Shown: one piece after another, positions 47,632 to 57,377 of the stretch
Layout: each line of letters opens with the position of its first letter
Position numbering within the stretch: the stretch's first letter is position 1
DNA from: Polyangiaceae bacterium
Lineage (GTDB): Bacteria; Myxococcota_A; Polyangia; Polyangiales; Polyangiaceae
DNA: 64,000 bases
Reading direction: 5' to 3'
Assembly: GCA_044376115.1 (NCBI GenBank)
Contig: JBILLK010000012.1
Span: forward strand, 64,001 to 128,000
Position numbers and translations under genes: made by a program
The notes under the pieces: generated by a model
Told to the model about the DNA's origin: nothing
Databases searched by the model: none
The model's input: the letters and a program-made list of their open reading frames with translations, nothing else

Positions 47632-48138
47632 CTATGCGTCCTGAAGCAGAGCCGCGACCCGCGTGGAGGCACCGTCGATCGGGCCGCAGTTCTCCGCGGG
47701 CGGCTTCGCGTCGGAGGCCTCGAGCCGCTGCTTGGTCGCGAACACGGCGGTGATCGTCATGGTTGAAGTTTCAGCTTCGTAGCCGGCATAGGCCAGCTTG
47801 GCCAGGCCCTCGGTCTTGAGCCAATTCACGCGCGCGAGCGCGCGGGCCTGCAACTCGGCCAGCGGTCCCACGGAGCTCTCGGTTCGAGCAACCATCCAGC
47901 AAGCTTTGCGCTCAGCCGCAACACCATCGCCGTTCTGCTGTTGCCAGACGCGCCCAATCCGAAGCACCGGATGGGTTGCCACGCCAAAGTCGTCGGGTAC
48001 CACGGTGAGCCCCCGTATCGAGAAGTAGCCAGCCGCAGCACCAAACTCGTCGAACACCGCGTAACGCTGGGTTCCAGCCGACTTAACCTCGTACGCGCAG
48101 TCTTCGATGACCACTCGGTTGGGGTCCGGGGCACTCAT
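47632..48138 (-). CDS. Hypothetical protein
   Basis: ORF fills the gap between the receptor and SEC-C genes. No recognised motif; start uncertain. Confidence 0.55.
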   Translation of the reverse strand: MSAPDPNRVVIEDCAYEVKSAGTQRYAVFDEFGAAAGYFSIRGLTVVPDDFGVATHPVLRIGRVWQQQNGDGVAAERKACWMVARTESSVGPLAELQARALARVNWLKTEGLAKLAYAGYEAETSTMTITAVFATKQRLEASDAKPPAENCGPIDGASTRVAALLQDA

Positions 48139-48319
48139 GGTCTGAGTCTCTCGCGTCCCTCGCTTGAAGTCACGGCGATTGAACACCTCCTGCCTCGCGG
48201 CATTCGAATCGAGCAGCCTTCATTCGTGGCGGTTGTTCCGTTCGCTGCGTCAACCTCTGGCCTTTGGAGTAAGGTGACGTGTTGCTCGCAAGCAAAGGCT
48301 CGAGCGTGAGGAGAACAGA

Positions 48320-48604
48320 ATGAAGCCCGGAAGAAACGACCCTTGCACCTGCGGCTCTGGCAAAAAGTATAAGAAATGCTGCGCCATTACCGATGATGCG
48401 GCGCGCGTGGCTGAGTTAACCGCTTCGCGAGCCGCCGCTGCAGCAGCTGCCGCTGCGGAGGCAGCTGATCCGGAGGCAAAGGAGAAAGCTCAAGCTGCGG
48501 CTGCCCAACGAGCGGCCGCTGGGCGCCCGCTACCGAACGCAGCCCAGAAGCCGAAGACGCCGCCGCGTCCTGGACCTGCCGTGGTGCGCAAGCACGCTGT
48601 TTAG
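48320..48604 (+). CDS. Small SEC-C zinc-binding motif protein with an Ala-rich tail
   Basis: [18 protein letters not shown] at the N-terminus, with a GAGGAG RBS. Confidence 0.88.
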   Translation: MKPGRNDPCTCGSGKKYKKCCAITDDAARVAELTASRAAAAAAAAAEAADPEAKEKAQAAAAQRAAAGRPLPNAAQKPKTPPRPGPAVVRKHAV

Positions 48605-49866
48605 GTCTGCAACGCTTCGGCTGCGGCGCTGTCCAGCCACCGTAGCGCAGCAAGCAAGCCGATGGCTGCCAGGGCGCTCAAGGCTGCAGCCGCGCCAAAG
48701 GCGGCTCGAGGATCGTACGCATAGAGCAGGCCAAAGCCAACGTTGGCGCCCAAGAGGCCAAGACCGACGACCGCATGATTGGCTCCGAGCGCGCGACCTC
48801 GCAGCGCGGTCGGAGCCAATCGCGTTATCAGCGCCTTCTCTGCACCCTCGCCCAGACCAAAGTGAAAAGCATAGAGCGCAAAGAGCGCCATCGTGGTGGT
48901 GGCGCTCATCGAACATGCGAAGCCAAGATAGGCAGCCGCGTAAAGGAGCCAACTCAAGCCGGTTGCTTTCGCTACGCCAACTCGATCTGCGAGCAGTCCC
49001 CCCGGCGCGTTGAGCAGCGACTTACCAAGTTGTAGACCTATCCAGATAAGAGGTAGCCATTTCAAGGACACGCCTTGCGCAAGTAAGTGCGCCATCAAGA
49101 ACGTATCGGAAGCACCCGCAAGGCTGAACAGCGCAACCAACCCCAACACAAGCTTGAGGCGTGCAGAAAAAGCAGGCTGAGCCGAAGTCAGGCCTACTTC
49201 TGATTGAGCAGTAGTCGGAGGCTCGGGTGGCTCGGGTGGCTCGGGTGGCTCTGGCGGCGTTGGGACATTGGACGTGCGGCGTCTCAACAGTGCGGCTGCC
49301 ACGAGCGTAGATAGGACCCCGGGGACGAACGAGGCTAGCAACACCTGCTCAAGGGTGAGCTCCAAGACCGAGAGCAACAGGAAGGAGGTAAGCCCGCCTA
49401 CGACTGCGCCAAGATTATCCATCCCACGATGGATGCCGAAGGCGTAGGCGCGTCGCTCCTGTGCAACGCTCGCGGCCAAGATTGCGTCACGCGGTGCCGA
49501 GCGCAGACCCTTGCCGACCCGATCTACGCTGCGCAATAGGAGAGCGTGCCAGGGCGCTCCAACGAAGGCGTAGAACGGCCGGACCAAAGCGGCCATTCCA
49601 TAGCCACCTACGACAAGGTAGCGCGCGGCAATGCCGCGATCGGCCAAGCTCCCGCCTAAGTACTTGAAGCCTGCGCTCAGCCCCTCGGCGGTTCCCTCCA
49701 TCAGGCCTAGTGAGCGCGGTCCGCCGCCCACGCTCGCCAATACGGCTGGGAGCAACGGTACAACCATGTCCGCAGCGGCATCGGTCAGCAACGACACGAG
49801 GCCTAACCCCCATACGATCATGGGCACACTCCGGGGACTGGGCCGAGCGACCGGAGAGCTAGACAT
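48601..49866 (-). CDS. MFS transporter
   Basis: About 12 TM segments; [21 protein letters not shown] and GLLADRVG. Confidence 0.92.
   Translation of the reverse strand: MSSSPVARPSPRSVPMIVWGLGLVSLLTDAAADMVVPLLPAVLASVGGGPRSLGLMEGTAEGLSAGFKYLGGSLADRGIAARYLVVGGYGMAALVRPFYAFVGAPWHALLLRSVDRVGKGLRSAPRDAILAASVAQERRAYAFGIHRGMDNLGAVVGGLTSFLLLSVLELTLEQVLLASFVPGVLSTLVAAALLRRRTSNVPTPPEPPEPPEPPEPPTTAQSEVGLTSAQPAFSARLKLVLGLVALFSLAGASDTFLMAHLLAQGVSLKWLPLIWIGLQLGKSLLNAPGGLLADRVGVAKATGLSWLLYAAAYLGFACSMSATTTMALFALYAFHFGLGEGAEKALITRLAPTALRGRALGANHAVVGLGLLGANVGFGLLYAYDPRAAFGAAAALSALAAIGLLAALRWLDSAAAEALQT
49220..49255. repeat. 9-bp tandem repeat (GGCTCGGGT x3 plus one variant) encoding PPE repeats in the MFS central loop
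   Basis: Read directly from the sequence. Confidence 0.85.
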
Positions 49867-49904
49867 TGATATTGGTTTCTAAGCGAAGCGCGCTTGCTAC
49901 TCGC

Positions 49905-50678
49905 TCAAAGACAAACGGGGCAGCCGCACGAGATGCCCTCGGGAACATCGGAGCAAACGGTGAACGGGTCAACGCAAGCAGCCGCCGCCAAACAATCACA
50001 ACTAACCGTGTCACACGGGCCAGGATCGACGCAGTGGTAGCTCGGATTGTGAGCTACGAGAGCGACGCAGGTCGAAGCTGCACTACAGTCTTCACACGCC
50101 GTGACATCGGCGCACTCTTGCTCGGGTAGGCAGCCGCCCCAGCAGCCGTTGACCACACTCGGTTGCTGGCCCGCGGGACATTCTGGCTTGGGTGTGAGAC
50201 ATACAGTTTGAGCGCCGTCACACGAGAAAGACGTCACACACTGCCCAGCCGAGCAACGCGCAGTCGGCGGAGGCTCTGCCGGCCCGACTGCGGTGCAAGC
50301 GGATATCACGCACGCCAGATCACACTCCGGCTCAGTTGCCGAGTTGGGGATACCCGAACACTCACAGCAGTTGTCGACCAACTTGCAATCGGCATCCTCA
50401 GCGCACTCCGCAACAGCGGGTCCGGCTCCGCTTCCGCCGCCGCCGCTGGCTGCGCCTCCCAAGCCACCAGTGCCACCAGTGCCACCCGCTCCGCCGGCGC
50501 CCGCTGCGCCACCGCCAACGCTCGCGGTCCCGCCATCACCGCCTGCGCCGCCTCCCCCGGTCATGGCTCCACCGCCGCCAGCCCCTCCACCCGCGCTGCC
50601 GCCGGCTCCGCTTCCGCCTGAGCCATCATCTCCGCAGCCAAGTAGCGCCAGCATGCAAACCAAGCCAATTCGTTTCAT
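49905..50678 (-). CDS. Gly-linker, Cys-rich lipoprotein
   Basis: MKRIGLVCMLALLGC lipobox, a long Gly linker and a Cys-rich domain. Confidence 0.8.
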   Translation of the reverse strand: MKRIGLVCMLALLGCGDDGSGGSGAGGSAGGGAGGGGAMTGGGGAGGDGGTASVGGGAAGAGGAGGTGGTGGLGGAASGGGGSGAGPAVAECAEDADCKLVDNCCECSGIPNSATEPECDLACVISACTAVGPAEPPPTARCSAGQCVTSFSCDGAQTVCLTPKPECPAGQQPSVVNGCWGGCLPEQECADVTACEDCSAASTCVALVAHNPSYHCVDPGPCDTVSCDCLAAAACVDPFTVCSDVPEGISCGCPVCL

Positions 50679-50739
50679 CGGAGCCTCCAAGAAAAGGGCC
50701 CGCACGCTAGCACTGCTCGAGGCGAGTCACCATCATGCG

Positions 50740-52263
50740 CTAGACGGCGCCTCGCTCTGAAACCACCTCCGAGCCAGACCCCGAATCGGGCGCCGAATCA
50801 GGAGAGGATGGCGTTCGAAAAGGCTCGATCACAGGCAACAGCCGCTGCCTCGACCTCGGAGCAACGTCGACCGCGTCACGCGGGAAGAAGATGCAAACCT
50901 CAGTACCGGCGCCACGCTCACTGCGGATAGTCAAGCGCCCATGGTGAGCATCGACGACCCTCGAAACGATCGCCAGCCCAAGCCCGGTACCGGTCGGCCG
51001 AGTGGTAAAGAACGGGTCCAGAGCGCGCTTGCGGACCACCGTATCCATCCCTTCGCCGGTATCACGAATTGTGACGTTGACCCCTTCGGTCGACCTGGAG
51101 GCCCGCACGGTGACCTGAAGGCTACCGCCAGCTCCCATCGCCTGAACCGCGTTGTGAAGCACGTTATCAATCGCTTGTCGCACCAGCACGGCGTCTCCTC
51201 GCACCCGCGGGGGCTTGGCCTGCACAATCAGCTCGACCTCGACGCTTGGCGACTCGCGAATATGGGAAACGGCTCGCTCAACGATCTCAGCGACATCGAC
51301 GCTCTGATCGGCCACGGAGAGGGGCCGCGCATAATGCAGTAAGTCACCGACGATGCGGTTGAGCCGGGTTGTCTCCTCGGTCAGGATTGCGAAGAGCGTG
51401 TCCAGTTGTTGGCGGTCGGAGGAGCCCTTCTTGAGCGCGCTCACGGCGTTCATGATGATGGCGAGGGGATTTCTCACCTCGTGCGCAATGACGGCAGCCA
51501 GCTCTCCAACAGCGGCCAACTGCTCCTTACGTACGAGCTCGTCCTGTCGTACCCGCAGCGCTCGGAAGGACTCGGATACTGACTCTGAACGAGTGCGAAT
51601 TTCATCACGCTCGGTGCGCACCTGCTCACCCAGGAGCGCCACGCGCGCGATGTGACCACCAAAGAAAGCGACAGCAAACGCGGCGAAACCAGCGTGCGTC
51701 GTGGGTACATGCGCAATGCCGATCGCTGCGATCACGGCGTCATAGACCGCACAGGCCGCAAGCAAGAGCCCGCCCACAAATGCGAACGGCCCCAAGGCGA
51801 TCTCATGCTTCATGACCTCGCCAATTCGCAGCACCATAAAGATCACGATTGCCGCAAACACCACGGCACCGAGTCGCCCCAAAAGCGTCGGCGGTCCCTC
51901 CGGATCCAACTGCCCCGCGAGCGCGAGCCCCATGAACACCAACACCAAGAGCACGCCTATGAGTGAGCGCTTGCGCGGCAACCGACCTTGGTTGTGTTGA
52001 CGAAAATAATCGATAATCAGCGGGGGCACCGCGAATGCGCTGGCCAGCGATATGCGACATAGAATGTCCGCAACCTGTCCGCTCGATAGCAGCTCGAACG
52101 CCTCCGTGGCGGTCGACAACGAGAGCACCCCACACAATCGTACGAGAGCGAGTCCGCCTGGCTCGGCCTTCGGTCGACTCGCCGCCCACCAGCAGAACAC
52201 CGCGACAATGGCGTGCAGCATCGCCCAGCAGAAGAGAAAACCCGCAAAGACCTGAAGGCTCAA
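50740..52263 (-). CDS. Membrane sensor histidine kinase (about 7 TM)
   Basis: H-box AHEVRNPL, N-box NVLHNAVQA, DTGEGM, PFFTTR and GTGLGL. Start uncertain. Confidence 0.92.
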   Translation of the reverse strand: MSLQVFAGFLFCWAMLHAIVAVFCWWAASRPKAEPGGLALVRLCGVLSLSTATEAFELLSSGQVADILCRISLASAFAVPPLIIDYFRQHNQGRLPRKRSLIGVLLVLVFMGLALAGQLDPEGPPTLLGRLGAVVFAAIVIFMVLRIGEVMKHEIALGPFAFVGGLLLAACAVYDAVIAAIGIAHVPTTHAGFAAFAVAFFGGHIARVALLGEQVRTERDEIRTRSESVSESFRALRVRQDELVRKEQLAAVGELAAVIAHEVRNPLAIIMNAVSALKKGSSDRQQLDTLFAILTEETTRLNRIVGDLLHYARPLSVADQSVDVAEIVERAVSHIRESPSVEVELIVQAKPPRVRGDAVLVRQAIDNVLHNAVQAMGAGGSLQVTVRASRSTEGVNVTIRDTGEGMDTVVRKRALDPFFTTRPTGTGLGLAIVSRVVDAHHGRLTIRSERGAGTEVCIFFPRDAVDVAPRSRQRLLPVIEPFRTPSSPDSAPDSGSGSEVVSERGAV

Positions 52264-52357
52264 CGGGGCCTATTGTGTCAGGACCGGAGACAAAAGACTG
52301 CAGCTTCAGCAGAGATTCGGTGGGTCGTGAGCAAGCTCGTCTGTGTAAGATGCGCCC

Positions 52358-52729
52358 GTGGCAAAACGAGAGCGCTACCTGTTCGTCTGCACCAACAGCC
52401 GCCCCCACGGCACTCCTAAAGGCTCCTGCGCAACGCGCGCTGCGGTTGAGTTGCACGCCGCCCTCAAAGCCGAGATCAACGCTCGTGGGATGAGTGGAAC
52501 CCAAGTGCGCGCCTGTACTTCGAGCTGCTTGGACGTATGCTGGGCTGGGCCCGCGATTCTCGTTGCCCCTGACAACGTGGTCTTGGGCCGCGTTACGACG
52601 GCAGACGTCACCAGCATCGTTGATGCGCTGACGAAGGACGCGCTGGAGCATCCGCTGCTGATCGGTGCCGACGACTACGATGCTAAGACGGCCGGGCCTA
52701 GCCTCCCGGAGCTTCCTCCAACCCCGTGA
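52358..52729 (+). CDS. Thioredoxin-like [2Fe-2S] ferredoxin
   Basis: FVCTNSR..GSC and SSCLDVCWAGP four-Cys pattern. Confidence 0.88.
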   Translation: MAKRERYLFVCTNSRPHGTPKGSCATRAAVELHAALKAEINARGMSGTQVRACTSSCLDVCWAGPAILVAPDNVVLGRVTTADVTSIVDALTKDALEHPLLIGADDYDAKTAGPSLPELPPTP

Positions 52730-53145
52730 AGCTGCGGCTCGAGATCGAGGAGGAGCTCAGCGGCGCACTACGGACCAACCAAGGAGCGCCAGACCAAGCG
52801 ATGCACCTGGTTTTGCGCCATAGCTTGAGCTCGCGTCGGAACATCCAAACCTTGGGCGTCATCAACATTGATGGGCTTGCCACTAGCTGCCCGATCTCAG
52901 GGGCGCTCGAGCACTTCAATGGCCGCTTGAGCTATATCCTCGCCTTCAGCACCGAGCAGGATCGTTACTGCCTGCGAGCGCTCAAGCGCAGTTATTGGTC
53001 TGACCCGTATGCCGGCCTGACGATGCTTCGCGGATCGCTTTGGTCGCAAGGCCCTAAGCAAGAATCGATAGGGCAAGTGCTGCTCCGCTTCGACGCCCGC
53101 GCTTCGCTTCAAAAACTGTGGAGGAGCCTCGCTTTTCATGCGTGA
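52726..53145 (+). CDS. Hypothetical protein
   Basis: GTGA-coupled to the ferredoxin and overlapping the methyltransferase start. Confidence 0.65.
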   Translation: MKLRLEIEEELSGALRTNQGAPDQAMHLVLRHSLSSRRNIQTLGVINIDGLATSCPISGALEHFNGRLSYILAFSTEQDRYCLRALKRSYWSDPYAGLTMLRGSLWSQGPKQESIGQVLLRFDARASLQKLWRSLAFHA

Positions 53146-54895
53146 GCGCCTGCGCCAATGTGTCGCCGATCTACGGCTCCACTTCTCGCCGGAGGCAACG
53201 CTGCGAATCTTCGCCAACGTTTGGCTGGAGTCGCAAACCGGCCGCGAGCGGCGCCTGACCGGCGATGAGCTGACCGAGCTCGTAGTGGCGCCGCTGCCAT
53301 TCAGTGGGCCCTGCCCGCAACCGAAGAGGCCCGCCCTCAACCTGCACATACCGACCCCAACTGAACCTGCGCAGCTGAGCGCGTGGCTCGGCGACGTCTA
53401 CCAGGTTCTGCTAAGCGAACGCGATGAACGGCGAGCGCGCGGCGCTCATCACACAGACCCTGCACTCGCTCGCGAGGTCGTTGAGCGGACCCTCGTTCCG
53501 TTGTTCGCGGCTACGCAGTCGCGCACCATGATCGTCTGTGATCCAGCGGTTGGTAGTGGGGTCTTTTTGGTCGAGGCAGCGCACACGCTCAGACGGCTTA
53601 TGCGAAGGCCAGTCCACGAGATCGTCGCTCATTCGTTGCGCGGTGTGGACATCGATCCGGGCGCAGTCTTCTGCGCGCGCTTGGGGCTCTTTGCGCTCTC
53701 GGATCGGACGCGTAAGTCGATAAGTGCCATTGAGCGGTCGGTGGTGGTTGGGGACTTCGTTACCGCGGATCCGTTTGCCGGGGAGATCGATGCCTACGTT
53801 GGAAACCCGCCGTGGATCGCGTACAAGGGCCGCGCCGCCGAGCCGCTGCCTCGCGCTCGCGCCGAGTATCTGAAGAAGAGCTGTGAGGCGTTCGCGGGCT
53901 ATCCAACCTTGCACGGCGTCTTCGTCGAGCGCTGCGCGGCGCGCCTCACCGCCTCGGGTCGACTCGGGCTAATCGTACCCACCTCGATGGCCGACCTCGC
54001 CGGATATGCTCCTACGCGAAGAGCGCATGACCGCCATTGCCAGGTAGATCCGTCGCTAACCGACTATGGGGCGCACGCGTTTGCAGGCGTCTTTCAACCC
54101 GCCATGGCCTTGCACTCCACCAAGCGCGCTTGCAAGGTTGAGCCGGGCTCGGACGAATGGGCTCTTACGCGCGAGGACGTCGACCTTGTGACAATGGCGC
54201 TGCTGGACCGAACCAAACGAATGCCCCGGGTTCCAGGCGCTTCTTTTGGTGAGCGTGGTATCCAAACCACCGCAGCGGATAAGCCCCGGATGGCCAAAGA
54301 GCGGAGCGGGCGTTTCTCGCAACCCCTTCTATCGGGTACGGAGGTTCGGCCTTTTCAGCTGCTTCCGCCGCAGCTCTTCGTTGCGCCCAAAGACTTCGCG
54401 ACGCGACTACGAAGCGAAGATGACTGGCGCGAGGTCGACGTACTGATCCGCCAAACAGCGCGCTTTCCGATGGCGGCGATGAGCAGCGGGGCACCGTTTC
54501 GCAACTCCGTTTTGGCTGGCTTCAGCCGTGAGCCCTTCTCGAGCGCCGGGCTCATTGCCTTCCTTAACTCGAACGTCGTGCGCTTCCTTCACTATCAACG
54601 CTTCCGCGACGCCCGCCAAGGTATGCCACAGCTCAAGATTGGGCATCTGCGCAGCCTGCCGCTTCCATCCACGAGCCAGAGCTTCTTTGGGGCCCTCGAT
54701 CGTATTGGCCTTCAACTCTTGCACTCAGCACACGATACCGAAGCGATGAGGCAACTTGACGCACTCGTTGCAGCAGCGTTCGAGCTCACTGAAGCGGAGC
54801 AGCAGCGAGTACGGCTTTGGGCCCAAGACCTCGGGCGAGTACCGACGGCCCGCGCTTTGACGAACAAGAACCAGATTGCTAAGTCTGACCCATGA
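53138..54895 (+). CDS. Amino (N6-adenine type) DNA methyltransferase, gamma-class order, with a C-terminal TaqI/Eco57I-like target-recognition region
   Basis: GAHHT (motif X), DPAVGSGVF (motif I), GVDID, GNPPW (motif IV), GRLGLIVP and FLNSNVVRF. Confidence 0.85.
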   Translation: MRERLRQCVADLRLHFSPEATLRIFANVWLESQTGRERRLTGDELTELVVAPLPFSGPCPQPKRPALNLHIPTPTEPAQLSAWLGDVYQVLLSERDERRARGAHHTDPALAREVVERTLVPLFAATQSRTMIVCDPAVGSGVFLVEAAHTLRRLMRRPVHEIVAHSLRGVDIDPGAVFCARLGLFALSDRTRKSISAIERSVVVGDFVTADPFAGEIDAYVGNPPWIAYKGRAAEPLPRARAEYLKKSCEAFAGYPTLHGVFVERCAARLTASGRLGLIVPTSMADLAGYAPTRRAHDRHCQVDPSLTDYGAHAFAGVFQPAMALHSTKRACKVEPGSDEWALTREDVDLVTMALLDRTKRMPRVPGASFGERGIQTTAADKPRMAKERSGRFSQPLLSGTEVRPFQLLPPQLFVAPKDFATRLRSEDDWREVDVLIRQTARFPMAAMSSGAPFRNSVLAGFSREPFSSAGLIAFLNSNVVRFLHYQRFRDARQGMPQLKIGHLRSLPLPSTSQSFFGALDRIGLQLLHSAHDTEAMRQLDALVAAAFELTEAEQQRVRLWAQDLGRVPTARALTNKNQIAKSDP

Positions 54896-55449
54896 AGAGA
54901 GTTGAGCCGGCCTCGTCGCTCCTGCTGATCGTGGACATTCAGGAGAAGCTCGCCCGCGCGATGCCCGAGCAAGGGCTCGAAGAACTTAAGCGAGCCGCTA
55001 AGATCCTGTGCGAGTCGGCAGCCGCGCTCGGGGTACCAACGCTGGCTACAGAACAGTACCCCGCGGGGCTTGGGCCCACTCTACCCGAGCTCTCACAGGC
55101 CCTCTCAAACCTTGGTACGCAGGTATTGCCGAAGGTCGAGTTTAGCGCCGTTGAGGCACCAGGCTTCAATGCAGCCTTCTCGAAGTTCCCTGTTCGCTCC
55201 GTCATTGTGATCGGAATGGAGACCCACGTCTGCGTATTCCAAACGGTTCGTGAGCTTTCCCTACGCGGGCTCGACGTGCACGTTCCGTTCGACGGTGTGC
55301 TATCGCGGCGCGACGATCATAAACAGGTTGGTATCGAGCTATGCCGGCGCGCAGGCGCGACCGTGACGAGCGCAGAGACGCTCGCCTTCGACTGGCTGCG
55401 CGTGGCCAGCGGGGACGCGTTCAAGCGCATCTCCAAGGTCGTACGTTGA
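54892..55449 (+). CDS. Isochorismatase-family hydrolase
   Basis: IVDIQEKL, TEQYPAGLGPT, KVEFSA and GMETHVCVFQT. Confidence 0.92.
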   Translation: MKRVEPASSLLLIVDIQEKLARAMPEQGLEELKRAAKILCESAAALGVPTLATEQYPAGLGPTLPELSQALSNLGTQVLPKVEFSAVEAPGFNAAFSKFPVRSVIVIGMETHVCVFQTVRELSLRGLDVHVPFDGVLSRRDDHKQVGIELCRRAGATVTSAETLAFDWLRVASGDAFKRISKVVR

Positions 55450-55453
55450 TCGC

Positions 55454-55939
55454 TTAACCGTATTGACGGCCAAGCAAGCCGCAAATGCGCTCTAGCCCTT
55501 GCTGATCGATAGCAGAGAAGGCGGCCGGGTCATCCGAATCAACGTCAAGCACCGCGAGCAGTTTCCCCGTTGGAGCGATCACAGGCACGACAATCTCGCT
55601 CTCGGTGGAGGAAGCGCAGGCGATATGACCTGGAAACTCATGCACGTTGGGCACCAGCACAGTGCGCTGCTCACGGGCGGATGCGCCGCAAACGCCGCGA
55701 GCGAACGGGATCCGCAGACAACCGTGACCACCCTGATAGGGGCCTATCACGAGCAGCTCCGGCTCCATATGCCGGTAAAATCCCGTCCAATCGAAGTAGG
55801 CAAACGCTGTATGCAGCTCGCATACGGTGGTGGCCATCGCGGCCACCCAATCAGCTTCGCCCTCGAGGATCGTGGCCACGCTCTGGTAGACGCGCTCATA
55901 GGCTTGCTCGCGTTCCTCAGCGCTCGCTGAACGACTCAC
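55454..55939 (-). CDS. msrC: GAF-domain free methionine-(R)-sulfoxide reductase
   Basis: WTGFY, GPYQG..CLRIPFARGVCG, GHIAC..SEIVVP and VLDVDS. GTG start uncertain (55939-55957). Confidence 0.82.
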   Translation of the reverse strand: MSRSASAEEREQAYERVYQSVATILEGEADWVAAMATTVCELHTAFAYFDWTGFYRHMEPELLVIGPYQGGHGCLRIPFARGVCGASAREQRTVLVPNVHEFPGHIACASSTESEIVVPVIAPTGKLLAVLDVDSDDPAAFSAIDQQGLERICGLLGRQYG

Positions 55940-55946
55940 GCACACT

Positions 55947-57341
55947 TCACTCTTCACGGGGCTTGCCTTCCTCTTCTCCCAACTTGCGATAGATGGTCCT
56001 CGTCGAGATCCCCAAGAGCTGCGCCGCCACACTCTTGTCTCCCTTGGCATGCCGGAGCGTCTCGCGAATGAGCCGGCGCTCGACTTCATCGAGCGGGGTA
56101 CCAACTCCGAAGGTGATCGTACTATCGGTCGAGTTCTCGTTCTCGACGATCGTCTCGGGGAGGTCCTCCAAGCGCAGGGTGTCGCTTCGACACAAAACGA
56201 CGGCCCGCTCGACGACATTCTCGAGCTCACGAACATTGCCCGGCCAGGAGTAGCCCGCCATCTTTTGCAGCGTATCCCGCGCAACGCTGAGGCGAGGCTT
56301 CGCGTTCTTCTTGCAATAGACCGTTAAAAAATGATCGACGAGCAGCGGAATGTCCTCCCGCCGAGTGCGCAAAGGAGGCGCGGTAAGCGCAATCACGTTC
56401 AATCGATAGTAGAGGTCGCTTCGAAAGCGACCTGCAGCGACCTCGCCGGCGAGATCTCGGTTGGTAGCCGTGACGATGCGTACGTCCGCCTTGTGTGGCT
56501 CTCCGCCCACCGGCTCGTACTCTCCCTCCTGCAGAACGCGCAGCAGCTTGACCTGCACCGCTGGTGAGAGTTCACCGATCTCATCGAGAAAGAGCGTACC
56601 TCCGTCGGCGCGAGCGAACCGCCCTTCACGCTTGGAGACGGCGCCTGTGAAGGCGCCCTTCTCATGACCGAACAGCTCCGCCTCCAAAATGGATTCTGGG
56701 ATGGCGGAACAATTCACAGCGACGAAGGGCTTGTCGCGACGAGAGCTGTGCTGATGGATAAACCGGGCCAGAAGCTCTTTGCCTGTACCTGACTCTCCGA
56801 GCACGAGCACGGTCGCGCTCGAGGGCGCAGCCTGTAGCGCAATGTCCAATACGCGCCGCAGCGCCGCGCTCGACCCGACGATCTCCCGACCGACGAGTAC
56901 GCTCAGCTCCTGCCGAAGTTGCCGATTCTCGAGCGTCAGGCTGCGCCGCTCAGCGGCCTTGCGCACCGTCTTGACGATGGTCATCCGCTTGAGCGGCTTC
57001 TCCACGAAGTCGTAGGCGCCATCCCGCATGGCCTGCACCGCCGCCTCGACAGTGCCGTAGGCCGTCATGAGCACCAACTCGACGTCTGGGGCTAGCTGCT
57101 TCACGGCGCGCAGCAGCTCCAAACCGCTGGTAGCCGGCATCATGACGTCGGTGAGCACGACGTCCACCGGGTGAACCCTCAGAATATCCAGCGCCTCGCG
57201 CGCATTGTGTGCGGTGAGCACCAGCATGCCGTCGCGCTGAAAGATCTTCTCGATGCTGGTGAGGTTGCTCGGTTCGTCGTCAACGACGAGCACCGTGATC
57301 GCGTTGGCTGCCGGAGATTCGCCGTTCATTGATTGGGTCAC
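55947..57341 (-). CDS. NtrC-family sigma-54-dependent response regulator
   Basis: Receiver (VVDDE, LTDVMMP), [30 protein letters not shown] and a Fis-type HTH. Confidence 0.96.
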   Translation of the reverse strand: MTQSMNGESPAANAITVLVVDDEPSNLTSIEKIFQRDGMLVLTAHNAREALDILRVHPVDVVLTDVMMPATSGLELLRAVKQLAPDVELVLMTAYGTVEAAVQAMRDGAYDFVEKPLKRMTIVKTVRKAAERRSLTLENRQLRQELSVLVGREIVGSSAALRRVLDIALQAAPSSATVLVLGESGTGKELLARFIHQHSSRRDKPFVAVNCSAIPESILEAELFGHEKGAFTGAVSKREGRFARADGGTLFLDEIGELSPAVQVKLLRVLQEGEYEPVGGEPHKADVRIVTATNRDLAGEVAAGRFRSDLYYRLNVIALTAPPLRTRREDIPLLVDHFLTVYCKKNAKPRLSVARDTLQKMAGYSWPGNVRELENVVERAVVLCRSDTLRLEDLPETIVENENSTDSTITFGVGTPLDEVERRLIRETLRHAKGDKSVAAQLLGISTRTIYRKLGEEEGKPREE

Positions 57342-57377
57342 GATAACCCTTAAAAGGGCGAGCTTGTTCCCCTTCTT

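Noticed and set aside
55940..56284. N-terminal extension of the GAF protein ORF
   Set aside because: It overlaps the NtrC-family gene out of frame and has no motif.
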